DNA of 64,000 nucleotides from a virus. Lineage: Duplodnaviria > Caudoviricetes. The DNA is taken from positions 224,001 to 288,000 of the IMG/VR virus record IMGVR_UViG_642918906_000001, one strand, 5' to 3'. The translations under genes were made by a program, and so were the position numbers. Below are positions 8,945 to 17,999 of this stretch, piece by piece. The notes under the pieces are model-generated. The model ran no database searches. It had not been told where the DNA came from and saw nothing but the letters and a program-made list of their open reading frames with translations. The number at the start of each line of letters is the position of its first letter. Position 1 is the stretch's first letter.

Positions 8945-9496
8945 ATGAAAGCTTGGGGTATCGTTCGTTTCATGGGTTCTTTGGCAATGTTGTCCAAAGA
9001 CAATATTACCTTTACCGATGACATCTATAAAGCACGACAGTTTGCTAGCCGTGAAGATGCAATGCTGATAGCGTCTTCTATTAAGACGCCTACTCAGGTT
9101 CAGGAGATGGATTTCCCTGAACCAATCAGGAGTAATTTCCCACCACCTGATTTCTTTGAGTCTGTGCCGGACAGTATGACGGTGAACCAACTCATTGATC
9201 TCCTGCGTTTGGAAGACCTGACTGAATATTTTACCCCAGTGGATAATATTACAGGTGCTCGACAAATGACGGGTAGTGCAATCGCCGATGAGCTGACGGG
9301 TAACATCGTTGGACGCAGGTATCAATTCAGTTTCGCCAAATGCCTGACGGACAGCGCAGCTAACGATCTGGCTGAGATCCTTCAGGCTGATGCAACGTGG
9401 ACTGGCTATCGGTATATCCGTAAACGTGCTGGATTCACCAGTTATGCTGTCCTAACTCTCGTGCGTTCTAACAATCCTATAGGTACTAACAACTAA
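8945..9496 (+). CDS. Hypothetical protein
   Basis: GAGG RBS. Confidence 0.8.
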   Translation: MKAWGIVRFMGSLAMLSKDNITFTDDIYKARQFASREDAMLIASSIKTPTQVQEMDFPEPIRSNFPPPDFFESVPDSMTVNQLIDLLRLEDLTEYFTPVDNITGARQMTGSAIADELTGNIVGRRYQFSFAKCLTDSAANDLAEILQADATWTGYRYIRKRAGFTSYAVLTLVRSNNPIGTNN

Positions 9497-9508
9497 CAAG
9501 GTATACCA

Positions 9509-9877
9509 ATGGCTATTCCAACCCCAGACTCACTGCTCGATTTAGTAAGAGTAACAGCAGATACCCCAGAAGCTTTTATCGCTAAACTGTCAACCCAAAT
9601 GGCCGATCCAGAATTGGTCAAGAACGGTTACCGTGGCGCAGGGCTATTCAGTTTCTACGTGCCGGGCGCAATGCGGCCTATCGGACATGAAACCGTTCGT
9701 AAGCAACTGAAAGAAGCAGGTTATGATGTACATCAAGTAGAACAGATTGTTGGCTACATGCCACCTAATCTGGTAATCGATTTCCGTAGCGCTGGACCTT
9801 ATGATCCAGATGTAACTGGTCCATCGACTTTCCCTTGGATTCATGTACAGGTTTCCAAGACACCACCAGCATCATGA
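9509..9877 (+). CDS. Hypothetical protein (MAIPTP...LKEAGY family; paralog of 45190-45543)
   Basis: AAGG RBS; shared motifs with 45190-45543. Confidence 0.8.
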   Translation: MAIPTPDSLLDLVRVTADTPEAFIAKLSTQMADPELVKNGYRGAGLFSFYVPGAMRPIGHETVRKQLKEAGYDVHQVEQIVGYMPPNLVIDFRSAGPYDPDVTGPSTFPWIHVQVSKTPPAS

Positions 9878-9883
9878 CATAAC

Positions 9884-9920
9884 GCCCTCCCTTCGGGGAG
9901 GGCTTATGCCTTTCTTTTTT
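9884..9920 (+). terminator. Rho-independent terminator
   Basis: GCCCTCCC-TTCG-GGGAGGGC, TTATGCC, U tract. Confidence 0.9.
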
Positions 9921-9924
9921 GCTC

Positions 9925-9955
9925 AACTCAAATTATTTCAGATTTATATCATGTA
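9925..9955 (+). promoter_or_regulatory. Early-type promoter variant (TTTCAGATTTATATCATGTA)
   Basis: Near-identical to 28530-28560. Confidence 0.75.
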
Positions 9956-9981
9956 TTCGTAATCAATCAAAGGTAACCATA

Positions 9982-10404
9982 ATGGACATTCAAACTGTAA
10001 CCCCAGAGTTGTTGACTAACGCTGTAGTGAGCTATATCCTCACTGATTGGAGTACTGTTCCTCCAACACCAGATGTTGCCTTAGCCACCATCTTATTCAA
10101 GGATAGTGCTTTCTACGATCTCTACGGAAATCATTGGGATAGCTTTGTCGATCTGCGTAAAGAAGTCAGTAATGCACTCGTTGACCCAGCACACCTTAAA
10201 TTGGAGAACAGCGAGATGGTATTCAATTTAAGTAGTAACGAGGTCAGCCCGGAATCTTTGGGTATTCTTAAGGTATTTCTGACTCAGTGTGGTTGGGACA
10301 GCTTCACTGTACATTGCACTGGATTTGTTAATTTCTTATACCGGGGCACCATGGGCAGCAAATCGTGTTACGAATTCCGTCTAACCAATAAGCGAGCTAA
10401 ATAA
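9982..10404 (+). CDS. Hypothetical protein
   Basis: AAGG RBS before ATG 9982; LTQCGW motif similar to the 9509 family. Confidence 0.78.
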   Translation: MDIQTVTPELLTNAVVSYILTDWSTVPPTPDVALATILFKDSAFYDLYGNHWDSFVDLRKEVSNALVDPAHLKLENSEMVFNLSSNEVSPESLGILKVFLTQCGWDSFTVHCTGFVNFLYRGTMGSKSCYEFRLTNKRAK

Positions 10405-10877
10405 TGACTTTCCCTAATATTGAACAATCGGGTTATGCTGTAGATGATACAGTTCACCCACATATTACTCAGGACTTCACCGCCGCAATGGTCGATCGAT
10501 TAAATGAAATCGGTCAAAACTATCTCGATCGATATATGAAGCAGTGTTGGATTGAGACACCTGAATTCACTGGATGGCGATGGGATAAATTTAATAACCC
10601 GCGTGTAGTAGCTGGCGTGGCTAATCGTTACGGTAGTATTATCGTGATGGGAGTTCGCCATTACTCGAACATGATGCAGGTTGCCTTGGATGCATTAGGC
10701 GGCGTAGAACTTTTAATTCGATGGGCGGGGGAAGAAAACTGTGAGCAAGGATTCGTGGATCAATATGGTACTTTCTTGGATCGCCAAGAAGCTTGGGTTC
10801 TGGCAGAAGCAGCTGGACAAATCCGTCACCGAGCCAACCTCCCAACCGGCACCCTCTACTCAGAACACCTTTGGTAA
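10404..10877 (+). CDS. Conserved phage hypothetical protein (GVRH...EQGFVDQYG.FL.R.EA...LYSE)
   Basis: TAATG coupling; motif pattern recurrent in phages. Confidence 0.82.
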   Translation: MTFPNIEQSGYAVDDTVHPHITQDFTAAMVDRLNEIGQNYLDRYMKQCWIETPEFTGWRWDKFNNPRVVAGVANRYGSIIVMGVRHYSNMMQVALDALGGVELLIRWAGEENCEQGFVDQYGTFLDRQEAWVLAEAAGQIRHRANLPTGTLYSEHLW

Positions 10878-11301
10878 TAAAGCTTACCTTGTATGGGTTG
10901 AAGCAGAAAATTGGTTTAAAACGCCAAGCGCCTTTTGTAGCGATAAAACATTATCGGAAAAATTAATTCGCCATCGCCTGATCGCAGGACGCATTGCCGG
11001 AATAACTGGGCGTTATACTCGACTACATTATAATGAAATTGGTAAGACTGCTACATGGTACGCGGTTTCACCAAAAGCAGTCAGCGGCGTGCGCGTTTTG
11101 ATGGTAACCAATCGTAACGGTAAAGTCTACGCTAGGAACCGAATGTTCGTTTCTTACATAGACCAACTAGAGTACCTGGTTGAAACGTATGGTGGTCAAC
11201 CCGTAACGTTGTATTACTACGATGTAAAGATACCTGTAGAACCCGCTTTCTTTAAACAAACCTTTCTCGATGGAGTATTTCAAAATGTCAAAACCGACTA
11301 A
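10741..11301 (+). CDS. Hypothetical protein (start uncertain)
   Basis: Only frame filling 10877-11285; overlaps upstream gene. Confidence 0.6.
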   Translation: MSKDSWINMVLSWIAKKLGFWQKQLDKSVTEPTSQPAPSTQNTFGNKAYLVWVEAENWFKTPSAFCSDKTLSEKLIRHRLIAGRIAGITGRYTRLHYNEIGKTATWYAVSPKAVSGVRVLMVTNRNGKVYARNRMFVSYIDQLEYLVETYGGQPVTLYYYDVKIPVEPAFFKQTFLDGVFQNVKTD

Positions 11302-11719
11302 ATTCAAAGGTAACCAAGCAACATTCAATATTACTTTTGATGGCATTGACCTTACCATCAGCAACGTAATGGTTAAGGAAGTAGATATTGGTTCAGGTAA
11401 TCATTGGGCAATGCTGGAGCGCCGGGGCGATCGTTGGATGCTGCTGACTACCCCAGGCTATTTGATCGAACCACTTGTCGACCAGCAACAAACGCTTGAG
11501 TTTGATCGAACCGATGTAGATCGACCAGTTCTGGTGAATGGTCACATGGAACGTCTTCCAATTACAGTTCACACTGCACTGAATATCAGTGAGTCTAAGT
11601 TGTTCTATTCGATTGACGAGTGTTCTACTGGGACCCGTCTTCAGTACAACAGTAATTTGTTCAATGGGGCTGAACACGATGCCATTAAACACATTGTATT
11701 CGATAAGGTGGTCAAATGA
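11285..11719 (+). CDS. Hypothetical protein
   Basis: GGAG RBS before ATG 11285. Confidence 0.8.
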   Translation: MSKPTKFKGNQATFNITFDGIDLTISNVMVKEVDIGSGNHWAMLERRGDRWMLLTTPGYLIEPLVDQQQTLEFDRTDVDRPVLVNGHMERLPITVHTALNISESKLFYSIDECSTGTRLQYNSNLFNGAEHDAIKHIVFDKVVK

Positions 11720-12231
11720 GTAACATGGACCGGATTGCTAAATTCGCTCGTCGATTGGAAACCTCCATCAGCACAGGTGGGTGCCCAATCGATAAACTGT
11801 TTATGACGGCTTGCTTGGTACATTCAAATTACCACATTGTCGAAATGGACCCGGAGGTTAACGCTAAGGTAGTTCAGGCGGACGTGGCCTACAAGTTGGT
11901 CGTGGAAGTTACAATGTGCATTGCACGTCCAGAGCACGAATCTAAGTGGCGCTGGGAACCAAACAAGTACGATAGTGGTGTACTGCTTTTCTATCATTAC
12001 GACTTCGATGCGTTGCTTGCTTATGTAGCCGATTATCTTGAAGCACACCACGATACAATGGTACCAGCGTACATGGTTAATAAGGCCACTGAAACGCGAC
12101 GAGCTTACTTCGTTAAGTGCCTTAAGCACGCTCCAATCGGACGTGTTAAACATATTACCGATGATCCAGATTATCTAAGTGAGTACAAAGTCTATTTTGA
12201 CGAACTAAAAAATCCACTGGAGGAAGACTGA
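11716..12231 (+). CDS. Hypothetical protein
   Basis: ATGA coupling. Confidence 0.8.
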   Translation: MSNMDRIAKFARRLETSISTGGCPIDKLFMTACLVHSNYHIVEMDPEVNAKVVQADVAYKLVVEVTMCIARPEHESKWRWEPNKYDSGVLLFYHYDFDALLAYVADYLEAHHDTMVPAYMVNKATETRRAYFVKCLKHAPIGRVKHITDDPDYLSEYKVYFDELKNPLEED

Positions 12232-13043
12232 TGAAAGACCAACTTGGCGATCGGATGAAGATGTTTGAAAACGACTTCATCGTAAAACGTTTTATGCCGG
12301 GACTACCAATTGTAGCTCGCATCGACGGACGAGGCTTTAGTAGATTCACTCGTGGTATGAAACGCCCATACGACCCTGACATGTCGGCTGCTATGATTCA
12401 CACCACTCGTGAATTAGTTAAGCATACCCAAGCCACTGTAGGTTATACTCAGTCGGATGAGATTACTTTGATCTGGTATTCGAACGATTACAAATCAATG
12501 AACTGGTTTGACGGTCGTGTACAGAAAATGGTTAGTCTGTTGGGTTCTCATGCAACGTTGTACTTTAACCAGTACATCATGCAATACATGCCTCAGTATG
12601 CGAAGCGTAATCCGACGTTTGATGCCCGTGTATGGAACGTACCTTCTTTGGAAGAAGCAGCTAACGTCCTAGTGTGGCGTGAATGGGATGCTACCAAGAA
12701 CTCCATTCAGATGGCGGGTCACCACTATTTCAGTAACAAAGAACTCCACAAGAAAAACACCAGTGAGATCCAGGAGATGTTGTGGTCTCAACACGACGTT
12801 AACTGGCATCACTATCCAGTGTTCTTCAAACGGGGTACTTATATTGGCTGGAAACAATTCAGGGCTGGCCGTCGTCTGACCGATGAAGAAATGCTGTTGC
12901 TCCCACCAAAACACCACGCTCACAAGAACGATGGTTGGATTGAGAAAGAGACTCGTGTACTGACTGAACTTAGTCTCCCGCCGATCACTCAGATCGAGAA
13001 CCGGGTTGAATTCTTCTTTGGAGCTAAAACTAAGGGGGTGTAA
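12231..13043 (+). CDS. thg1: tRNA(His) guanylyltransferase Thg1-like protein (3'-5' polymerase)
   Basis: RMKMFE, ARIDGRGFSRFT, GYTQSDEITL, GRVQK, FDARV, WREWDATKNSI, FKRGT. Confidence 0.93.
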   Translation: MKDQLGDRMKMFENDFIVKRFMPGLPIVARIDGRGFSRFTRGMKRPYDPDMSAAMIHTTRELVKHTQATVGYTQSDEITLIWYSNDYKSMNWFDGRVQKMVSLLGSHATLYFNQYIMQYMPQYAKRNPTFDARVWNVPSLEEAANVLVWREWDATKNSIQMAGHHYFSNKELHKKNTSEIQEMLWSQHDVNWHHYPVFFKRGTYIGWKQFRAGRRLTDEEMLLLPPKHHAHKNDGWIEKETRVLTELSLPPITQIENRVEFFFGAKTKGV

Positions 13044-13315
13044 TGCAACTACTATTGTTGGTGTTACCATTCTTTACAGCATTCGGCGTTACGTTCTCTG
13101 AGGCTCTCGTGAAGTGCTTCCAGGCTCGTAACATCGCGCAGGGTAAAGAGTGGCATTCTGGATTTACATCAATACTAGTGACCTGTATGAACTTCTCTAC
13201 GTTTGGGTTGTTCTTATACCAAGGGTTTCTGGTATTGATACCAGCGGCATTAGGTGGAGCTATTGGGACAGTACTTTCTATCAAATTACATAAACGTTTC
13301 TTTAAGAAGGGATAA
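13043..13315 (+). CDS. Small membrane protein (about 3 TM)
   Basis: TAATG coupling to thg1; hydrophobic, ALGGAIGTVLS. Confidence 0.78.
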   Translation: MQLLLLVLPFFTAFGVTFSEALVKCFQARNIAQGKEWHSGFTSILVTCMNFSTFGLFLYQGFLVLIPAALGGAIGTVLSIKLHKRFFKKG

Positions 13316-13318
13316 GTA

Positions 13319-13543
13319 ATGGAAAATGAGGCCCAATGGATTAATTCCACATGCAAACCTCTCCTTTGGGAAATAATGTGGATCATAAAAAATCCACACT
13401 ACTACGATGACATGGACCATCGGATTACAGTTATTCAGAACATCATGGTCAGGTATCGTCGCAATGACTTAATCAAATCAATCCTACAGTTGAGGGCTAC
13501 CAATGGAATCAAAAGGGTGCATCGCTATAGTGGGCTCACGTGA
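13319..13543 (+). CDS. Hypothetical protein
   Basis: Fits gene chain. Confidence 0.6.
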   Translation: MENEAQWINSTCKPLLWEIMWIIKNPHYYDDMDHRITVIQNIMVRYRRNDLIKSILQLRATNGIKRVHRYSGLT

Positions 13544-14162
13544 GGTTCCGTTAGACGAACTAGAGCTATTAATCCGACTGGGTCGTACGTTTACCGATCT
13601 GGGCTACGAGGATAGCTCTGGAGACGCATTCGGGTCTGACCGAGCCGGTTGGGTAGGTGCAAGACAATCGGATCGCTATGACCCACACAGTGCACGTATC
13701 TACCTAGTGGATTCTATCCGCAACCGTAAGCGTGCATTGGAACATGGTTTCAAGATTGCGCAAGACTATCCTGAGAACTGGGTAACCGCAGAAGCGATTG
13801 CCTTAAAGGCTCGGGGCAGTTGGAATGGTATTGATGGACCTCATAACCAATTCAAACGCGACTTACATATTCGCAACGTATTCCAGATCCTAGGTCACAG
13901 TTTAATAGACCCAGCTAAGGCTCTGGTCTATTACGCACCACCTGTGGGTCGTCTAGAACGTGAGGTGGTATCGGGTGGAACTAACACGGCTCTGCAAATT
14001 GCTAAGACTGTGGGAATCGAGAAGCGGTATAACTTAGCTACTAAAGCGGGCTACGATTGGGCTAACGAATTCCTAAAACAATACGAAACCGAAAAAGAAT
14101 ACGAGGAGATCGACTGGCGAGAAATACTAAAGCCTGATGATCCCCGTCTAAGTTACCTGTAG
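13503..14162 (+). CDS. DprA/Smf-like SLOG-superfamily protein
   Basis: IAIVGSRE, SSGDAFGSD, RNVFQILG, SGGTNTALQIA. Confidence 0.8.
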   Translation: MESKGCIAIVGSREVPLDELELLIRLGRTFTDLGYEDSSGDAFGSDRAGWVGARQSDRYDPHSARIYLVDSIRNRKRALEHGFKIAQDYPENWVTAEAIALKARGSWNGIDGPHNQFKRDLHIRNVFQILGHSLIDPAKALVYYAPPVGRLEREVVSGGTNTALQIAKTVGIEKRYNLATKAGYDWANEFLKQYETEKEYEEIDWREILKPDDPRLSYL

Positions 14163-14170
14163 AGGCCACG

Positions 14171-14671
14171 ATGGAATACAAAATTGCTAAAGTAGGGTTG
14201 GGTGAAAAGACTTGTGATGTTCCAGAAGACATCCAACAAAAGATCCATGTCGTGGGAGTCATCTACCACAAAGAGATGTTTCATCTAACTCATGCCACTC
14301 CAAGTGAAGCACTTGATTTCTATGACAACGTCAGTCGACTTACCCTTGAAAATGAATTTGACCCAGCACCTCCTCCAACATGTGTAGACGTCAGTGCCTT
14401 ATCAAGTGTTATGGGTACAAAGAAATATTTTGTAATCAATAAAGTCGCTCAACACAAGGTGACGTATGCCTGTCAGCCAGCATGTTGGTTGGCTTGGTAC
14501 GATGGTCATCCCGATAAGATGTTCTTTGCGCCACTCGACATCTTCTACAGCGATAACCTGAAACGTGTCGAAAGTGAGTGCTGTGTCTATGCATTGAATC
14601 AAGATGTAATTGACCTTAGAATGACCTTCGATGCAGATAGTACGTTTAACGATATCATTAAGGAACTGTAA
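14171..14671 (+). CDS. Hypothetical protein
   Basis: GAGG RBS. Confidence 0.8.
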   Translation: MEYKIAKVGLGEKTCDVPEDIQQKIHVVGVIYHKEMFHLTHATPSEALDFYDNVSRLTLENEFDPAPPPTCVDVSALSSVMGTKKYFVINKVAQHKVTYACQPACWLAWYDGHPDKMFFAPLDIFYSDNLKRVESECCVYALNQDVIDLRMTFDADSTFNDIIKEL

Positions 14672-15045
14672 TGCGCACCAATCCGATCAAAACTCGCGAG
14701 TCTGATATCCGCGATGTCATCAAAGCTACCTTCGAGCGATTCATTCCAAAAGTCTGGTATGCCTGCTATCAGCTTCCTAAGCACCTGATGGGGAACTATC
14801 AGAAGATCGCTGTGCCGATCAAAGACGAACCTAAGATGCAGGTGACTTTGCAACGTAGTCGGCTTGAAATACTGTACAACGGTGAACTGTATGTCGTAGA
14901 CTGGGAATGTGATCCACGGTCAGCCCAGTTCTCTGGTTTCCTGATCTCCTCCAATTGGGGTAGCCCATCGGGTAGCCTATTCTGCTTCCCTAAGGTCATC
15001 ACTGGATTGACGTGCCACATGGCTGACGTAGCGCAACGGATCTAA
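14671..15045 (+). CDS. Hypothetical protein
   Basis: TAATG coupling. Confidence 0.78.
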   Translation: MRTNPIKTRESDIRDVIKATFERFIPKVWYACYQLPKHLMGNYQKIAVPIKDEPKMQVTLQRSRLEILYNGELYVVDWECDPRSAQFSGFLISSNWGSPSGSLFCFPKVITGLTCHMADVAQRI

Positions 15046-15046
15046 C

Positions 15047-15072
15047 TTTACTGATCTTGGTTATCTAATGTA
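15047..15072 (+). promoter_or_regulatory. Putative middle-type promoter (TTTAC-N17-TGTA)
   Basis: Same pattern at 36859 and 52976 (N17) and 18416 (N15). Confidence 0.45.
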
Positions 15073-15090
15073 ATCAATTGGAGTTAACTA

Positions 15091-15450
15091 ATGTCATTTG
15101 AAACTACATTCCGCGGTAACCAGTGGACGCACAGTAGTTCTATTAAAGGTGGGCGACGAGAGATCGTAAAGAAAGGTGTATACGTAATCGACCATCGGAA
15201 CACCGGTAAGTTTATCGTGGGTACGTCTTCGGATGTATCCAAAGAAGTTGATAAACACATGACATTATTAGCCAAAGGGAAGTCCCCGATCAAACAGCTT
15301 CAGCAACAGTATATCGAGGAAGCCCAACGCGAGAATCGTCAACCGGTGTTTGTGGTGATTGAGTATGCGCTCAATTCCGACAAAGATATCAAACGAACCC
15401 TTAAAGAGATCCGTGAGACTAACACGACTCCTTACTGTTTATTAAACTGA
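15091..15450 (+). CDS. GIY-YIG-like fold protein, apparently degenerate
   Basis: GVYVIDHRNTGKFIVGTSSDV...KH...LQ; the second Tyr and conserved Arg of GIY-YIG nucleases are replaced. Confidence 0.65.
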   Translation: MSFETTFRGNQWTHSSSIKGGRREIVKKGVYVIDHRNTGKFIVGTSSDVSKEVDKHMTLLAKGKSPIKQLQQQYIEEAQRENRQPVFVVIEYALNSDKDIKRTLKEIRETNTTPYCLLN

Positions 15451-15458
15451 GGTGTTAT

Positions 15459-16100
15459 ATGCGTGAACATGCTTTACAACAATACACTATTCTGGACGTG
15501 GCGCGAGCCTTTAGCGTAGCCGCGCATTGTGCCGTCGGTCAGAAACGTAAATACAGTGGTGAGGATTATTTCCATCACCCCGAAGAAGTATTGCAAATCT
15601 TGCTGACGTACGAAGATCCAACCCTCGATGCGCAAGTAGCTGCCCTGCTACACGATGTCGTTGAGGACACCCAGGTTAAATTAGATCAAGTCAATCGTAT
15701 CTTTGGTCGCAAGGTGGCTATGTATGTTGAACAGCTCACTGAGGTTTCTAAACCTGGTGATGGTAACCGCGAGGCCCGAAAAGCTTTGGACCTAAAACAT
15801 CTTGAGTTGGCTAGTCACACTGCGATGTGTATTAAGTGCGCCGACTTGATTTCTAACTCACGGAGTATCGTTGAGCGTGACCTGAACTTTGCACGTACGT
15901 ATCTGGTTGAGAAACTCCGCATGCTGAAGGCTATGGAGTATCTGATTGGTGGATGTGCCATCTGGTCAGCTGCACTGGAAGTATGCTATAACGGCATCAA
16001 AAAGATCTGGACATCCCCAGAAGATCAACTGGGTCTGTTCCATCGGGAAGGATTCACTAACATCACCATGGCTATGTTAACACAGGACACTCCAAAATGA
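15459..16100 (+). CDS. HD-domain hydrolase, SpoT/Mesh1 (small alarmone hydrolase)-like
   Basis: AAH..GQKRKYSGEDYFHHP, AALLHDVVEDT, IKCADLISN. Confidence 0.88.
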   Translation: MREHALQQYTILDVARAFSVAAHCAVGQKRKYSGEDYFHHPEEVLQILLTYEDPTLDAQVAALLHDVVEDTQVKLDQVNRIFGRKVAMYVEQLTEVSKPGDGNREARKALDLKHLELASHTAMCIKCADLISNSRSIVERDLNFARTYLVEKLRMLKAMEYLIGGCAIWSAALEVCYNGIKKIWTSPEDQLGLFHREGFTNITMAMLTQDTPK

Positions 16101-16504
16101 GTCACGCTTATGCGATGGTAGCTAAACACCTGATGGCGATCAGCACTAATTTCGACAACGGGGTTCCTTATCACTACACTGATCCAGCTAAAGTTGAACA
16201 GATTAAAGCTTTGGTAACTAAGTGTGCAGAAAAGCTAGACTATGGTCTACCGACTTGTGGTACAGCTCACCTTCGCATGAACGTCATTGTTAAAGAATCC
16301 CCTAACAAGGAATCTTGGCAGTACTCAGGGGGTGTGCTGACGTCCCATGATGTTGACGCTCAGATTGAAGCTGCCTGTCAACGAACCCTGAAAGCTAATC
16401 CGGGTAAAGTGGTTAAAGATAAATTGTTGACGTGTCACATTCTAAATGAATGGGGTCGTTACTCCGTAGTGTTCGATTTGGTTATTACGGTAGGATTGGA
16501 ATGA
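16097..16504 (+). CDS. Hypothetical protein
   Basis: ATGA coupling. Confidence 0.78.
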   Translation: MSHAYAMVAKHLMAISTNFDNGVPYHYTDPAKVEQIKALVTKCAEKLDYGLPTCGTAHLRMNVIVKESPNKESWQYSGGVLTSHDVDAQIEAACQRTLKANPGKVVKDKLLTCHILNEWGRYSVVFDLVITVGLE

Positions 16505-16893
16505 GTGATCTTAGTGAGATGGTTGAAGCCTTGACTTTGGGTATGGCGCGTAATGCACATTTCCATGAGTGGCTTCCTAAGATGGATAGCGTTGTAGTTA
16601 GCTACAGTTCAGAGGAAGTCTTCCAAGCATTTCAAACCGCTTATTACCTGCAACATGGTGAACACTTTTGCTACACGATTACAGACTGGCTTAAACTAGA
16701 CGTGGAGAGTAAAGCTCAGTTGATTGGCGAGAAAGTCATGTTGATCAAACCCCGAAATGAGATGCAGGGTATTGGTGGAAGTATTCTATTTAATACTCGA
16801 CGTTACTATACACAACGTGGTAACGAGTTCATCGTGCTGAAAGACGCAACTGCCGAAACCGGTAAACCGTACACCCCATCATTTAGCTATTGA
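16501..16893 (+). CDS. Hypothetical protein
   Basis: ATGA coupling at 16501. Confidence 0.78.
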   Translation: MSDLSEMVEALTLGMARNAHFHEWLPKMDSVVVSYSSEEVFQAFQTAYYLQHGEHFCYTITDWLKLDVESKAQLIGEKVMLIKPRNEMQGIGGSILFNTRRYYTQRGNEFIVLKDATAETGKPYTPSFSY

Positions 16894-16900
16894 GGTTTAT

Positions 16901-17518
16901 ATGTACCCAACTAAAGCCGATTACAAAGCCGCTGTGAATGGTGAGAAGCCATGGCCAGTTAGTCCTACTCCAGTTGATTTTGAAGTACCCGAAGTTAAAG
17001 GTGTCGTATTGAAAGATTCTTTAAAAGTCCCTGATGTACCCGGCGAGGAAGACGGATTCACTAATCACGAATACCGTCTTAATCAAGGTGGTTTGAATGG
17101 CGGTGACTTGTTGGGTACCAGACAGGTGTCTAACCGTGTCATTGTAATCGCCCCAACTATTGAAGACGTCGTAAAGTTCAGTGCTGCACTACCTGAATTT
17201 TTCCGTGTTCATCACCCGATTTCGTTGCCCGATGCAATCGAGCAGAACATTCGACCTGAGCCATGTCAGATCATCCACGTTACACGTGAAGAAGTTAATA
17301 CTTACCGTGATGAAAAACGTGGTCGTGTATTCTTCCTAGCCTACGCTATATTCGAAAACATCGAAGGTTATGGTGGTTGGGTGGATCTACGTGACCAGAA
17401 TGATTGTAAATGGGGTCGTAATCCAGTACGCCATGCACCAGGGTGCACCCGTTCGTTCCAAGTCCTCAACGGTGAAACTACCATCGAAGAAATCAAAGCC
17501 AAGTGTGGTTTCCAATGA
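16901..17518 (+). CDS. Hypothetical protein
   Basis: GAGG RBS. Confidence 0.82.
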   Translation: MYPTKADYKAAVNGEKPWPVSPTPVDFEVPEVKGVVLKDSLKVPDVPGEEDGFTNHEYRLNQGGLNGGDLLGTRQVSNRVIVIAPTIEDVVKFSAALPEFFRVHHPISLPDAIEQNIRPEPCQIIHVTREEVNTYRDEKRGRVFFLAYAIFENIEGYGGWVDLRDQNDCKWGRNPVRHAPGCTRSFQVLNGETTIEEIKAKCGFQ

Positions 17519-17661
17519 AGACTGGTAATTCAAAGCTATTCAGAAAGCTATCGCTCAATCGCCGAAGCAACCGAGTTAGCTCGGCCGCTCGGAACCCATC
17601 TAAATTGTCAACCCCTATCCCTAACTGGTGGAAGGCGGTTAATGTTAAGGACTCTCTATGA
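17515..17661 (+). CDS. Small basic protein (48 aa)
   Basis: MKTGNSKLFRKLSLNRRSNRV...; ATGA overlaps at both ends. Confidence 0.65.
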   Translation: MKTGNSKLFRKLSLNRRSNRVSSAARNPSKLSTPIPNWWKAVNVKDSL

Positions 17662-17999
17662 GAAGAGGCGGTTATAAACAAGTTCCCCGTGAATGGTCAC
17701 AAGACGCCATTCACAAAATGATTCAAGCAGTCTACCACCTAAAGTATTACCTACCACGTCGTGATCGTCAGGAACCATTTGAGATCACCTATAATGACGT
17801 GACCATAATGTTCTATCCTAATGGGATTGACTATGGCATCGGTCAAGGTCCTAACGGATACCTTAACCAGATTAAGTGGGAGAACATCACTCATGGCGAT
17901 GCCCTCGTACCAACAGTAAGTAACCTCACACCGTTGATTGAGACAGTTCGTAACGGTTTGGGTCCCCTCCTCAGACATTGGCTGGATACTACAGAATGA
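17658..17999 (+). CDS. Hypothetical protein
   Basis: ATGA coupling. Confidence 0.75.
   Translation: MRRGGYKQVPREWSQDAIHKMIQAVYHLKYYLPRRDRQEPFEITYNDVTIMFYPNGIDYGIGQGPNGYLNQIKWENITHGDALVPTVSNLTPLIETVRNGLGPLLRHWLDTTE

Noticed and set aside
15091-15450. Active homing endonuclease/mobile element
   Set aside because: Short, lacks catalytic residues and a DNA-binding extension; kept only as a degenerate fold
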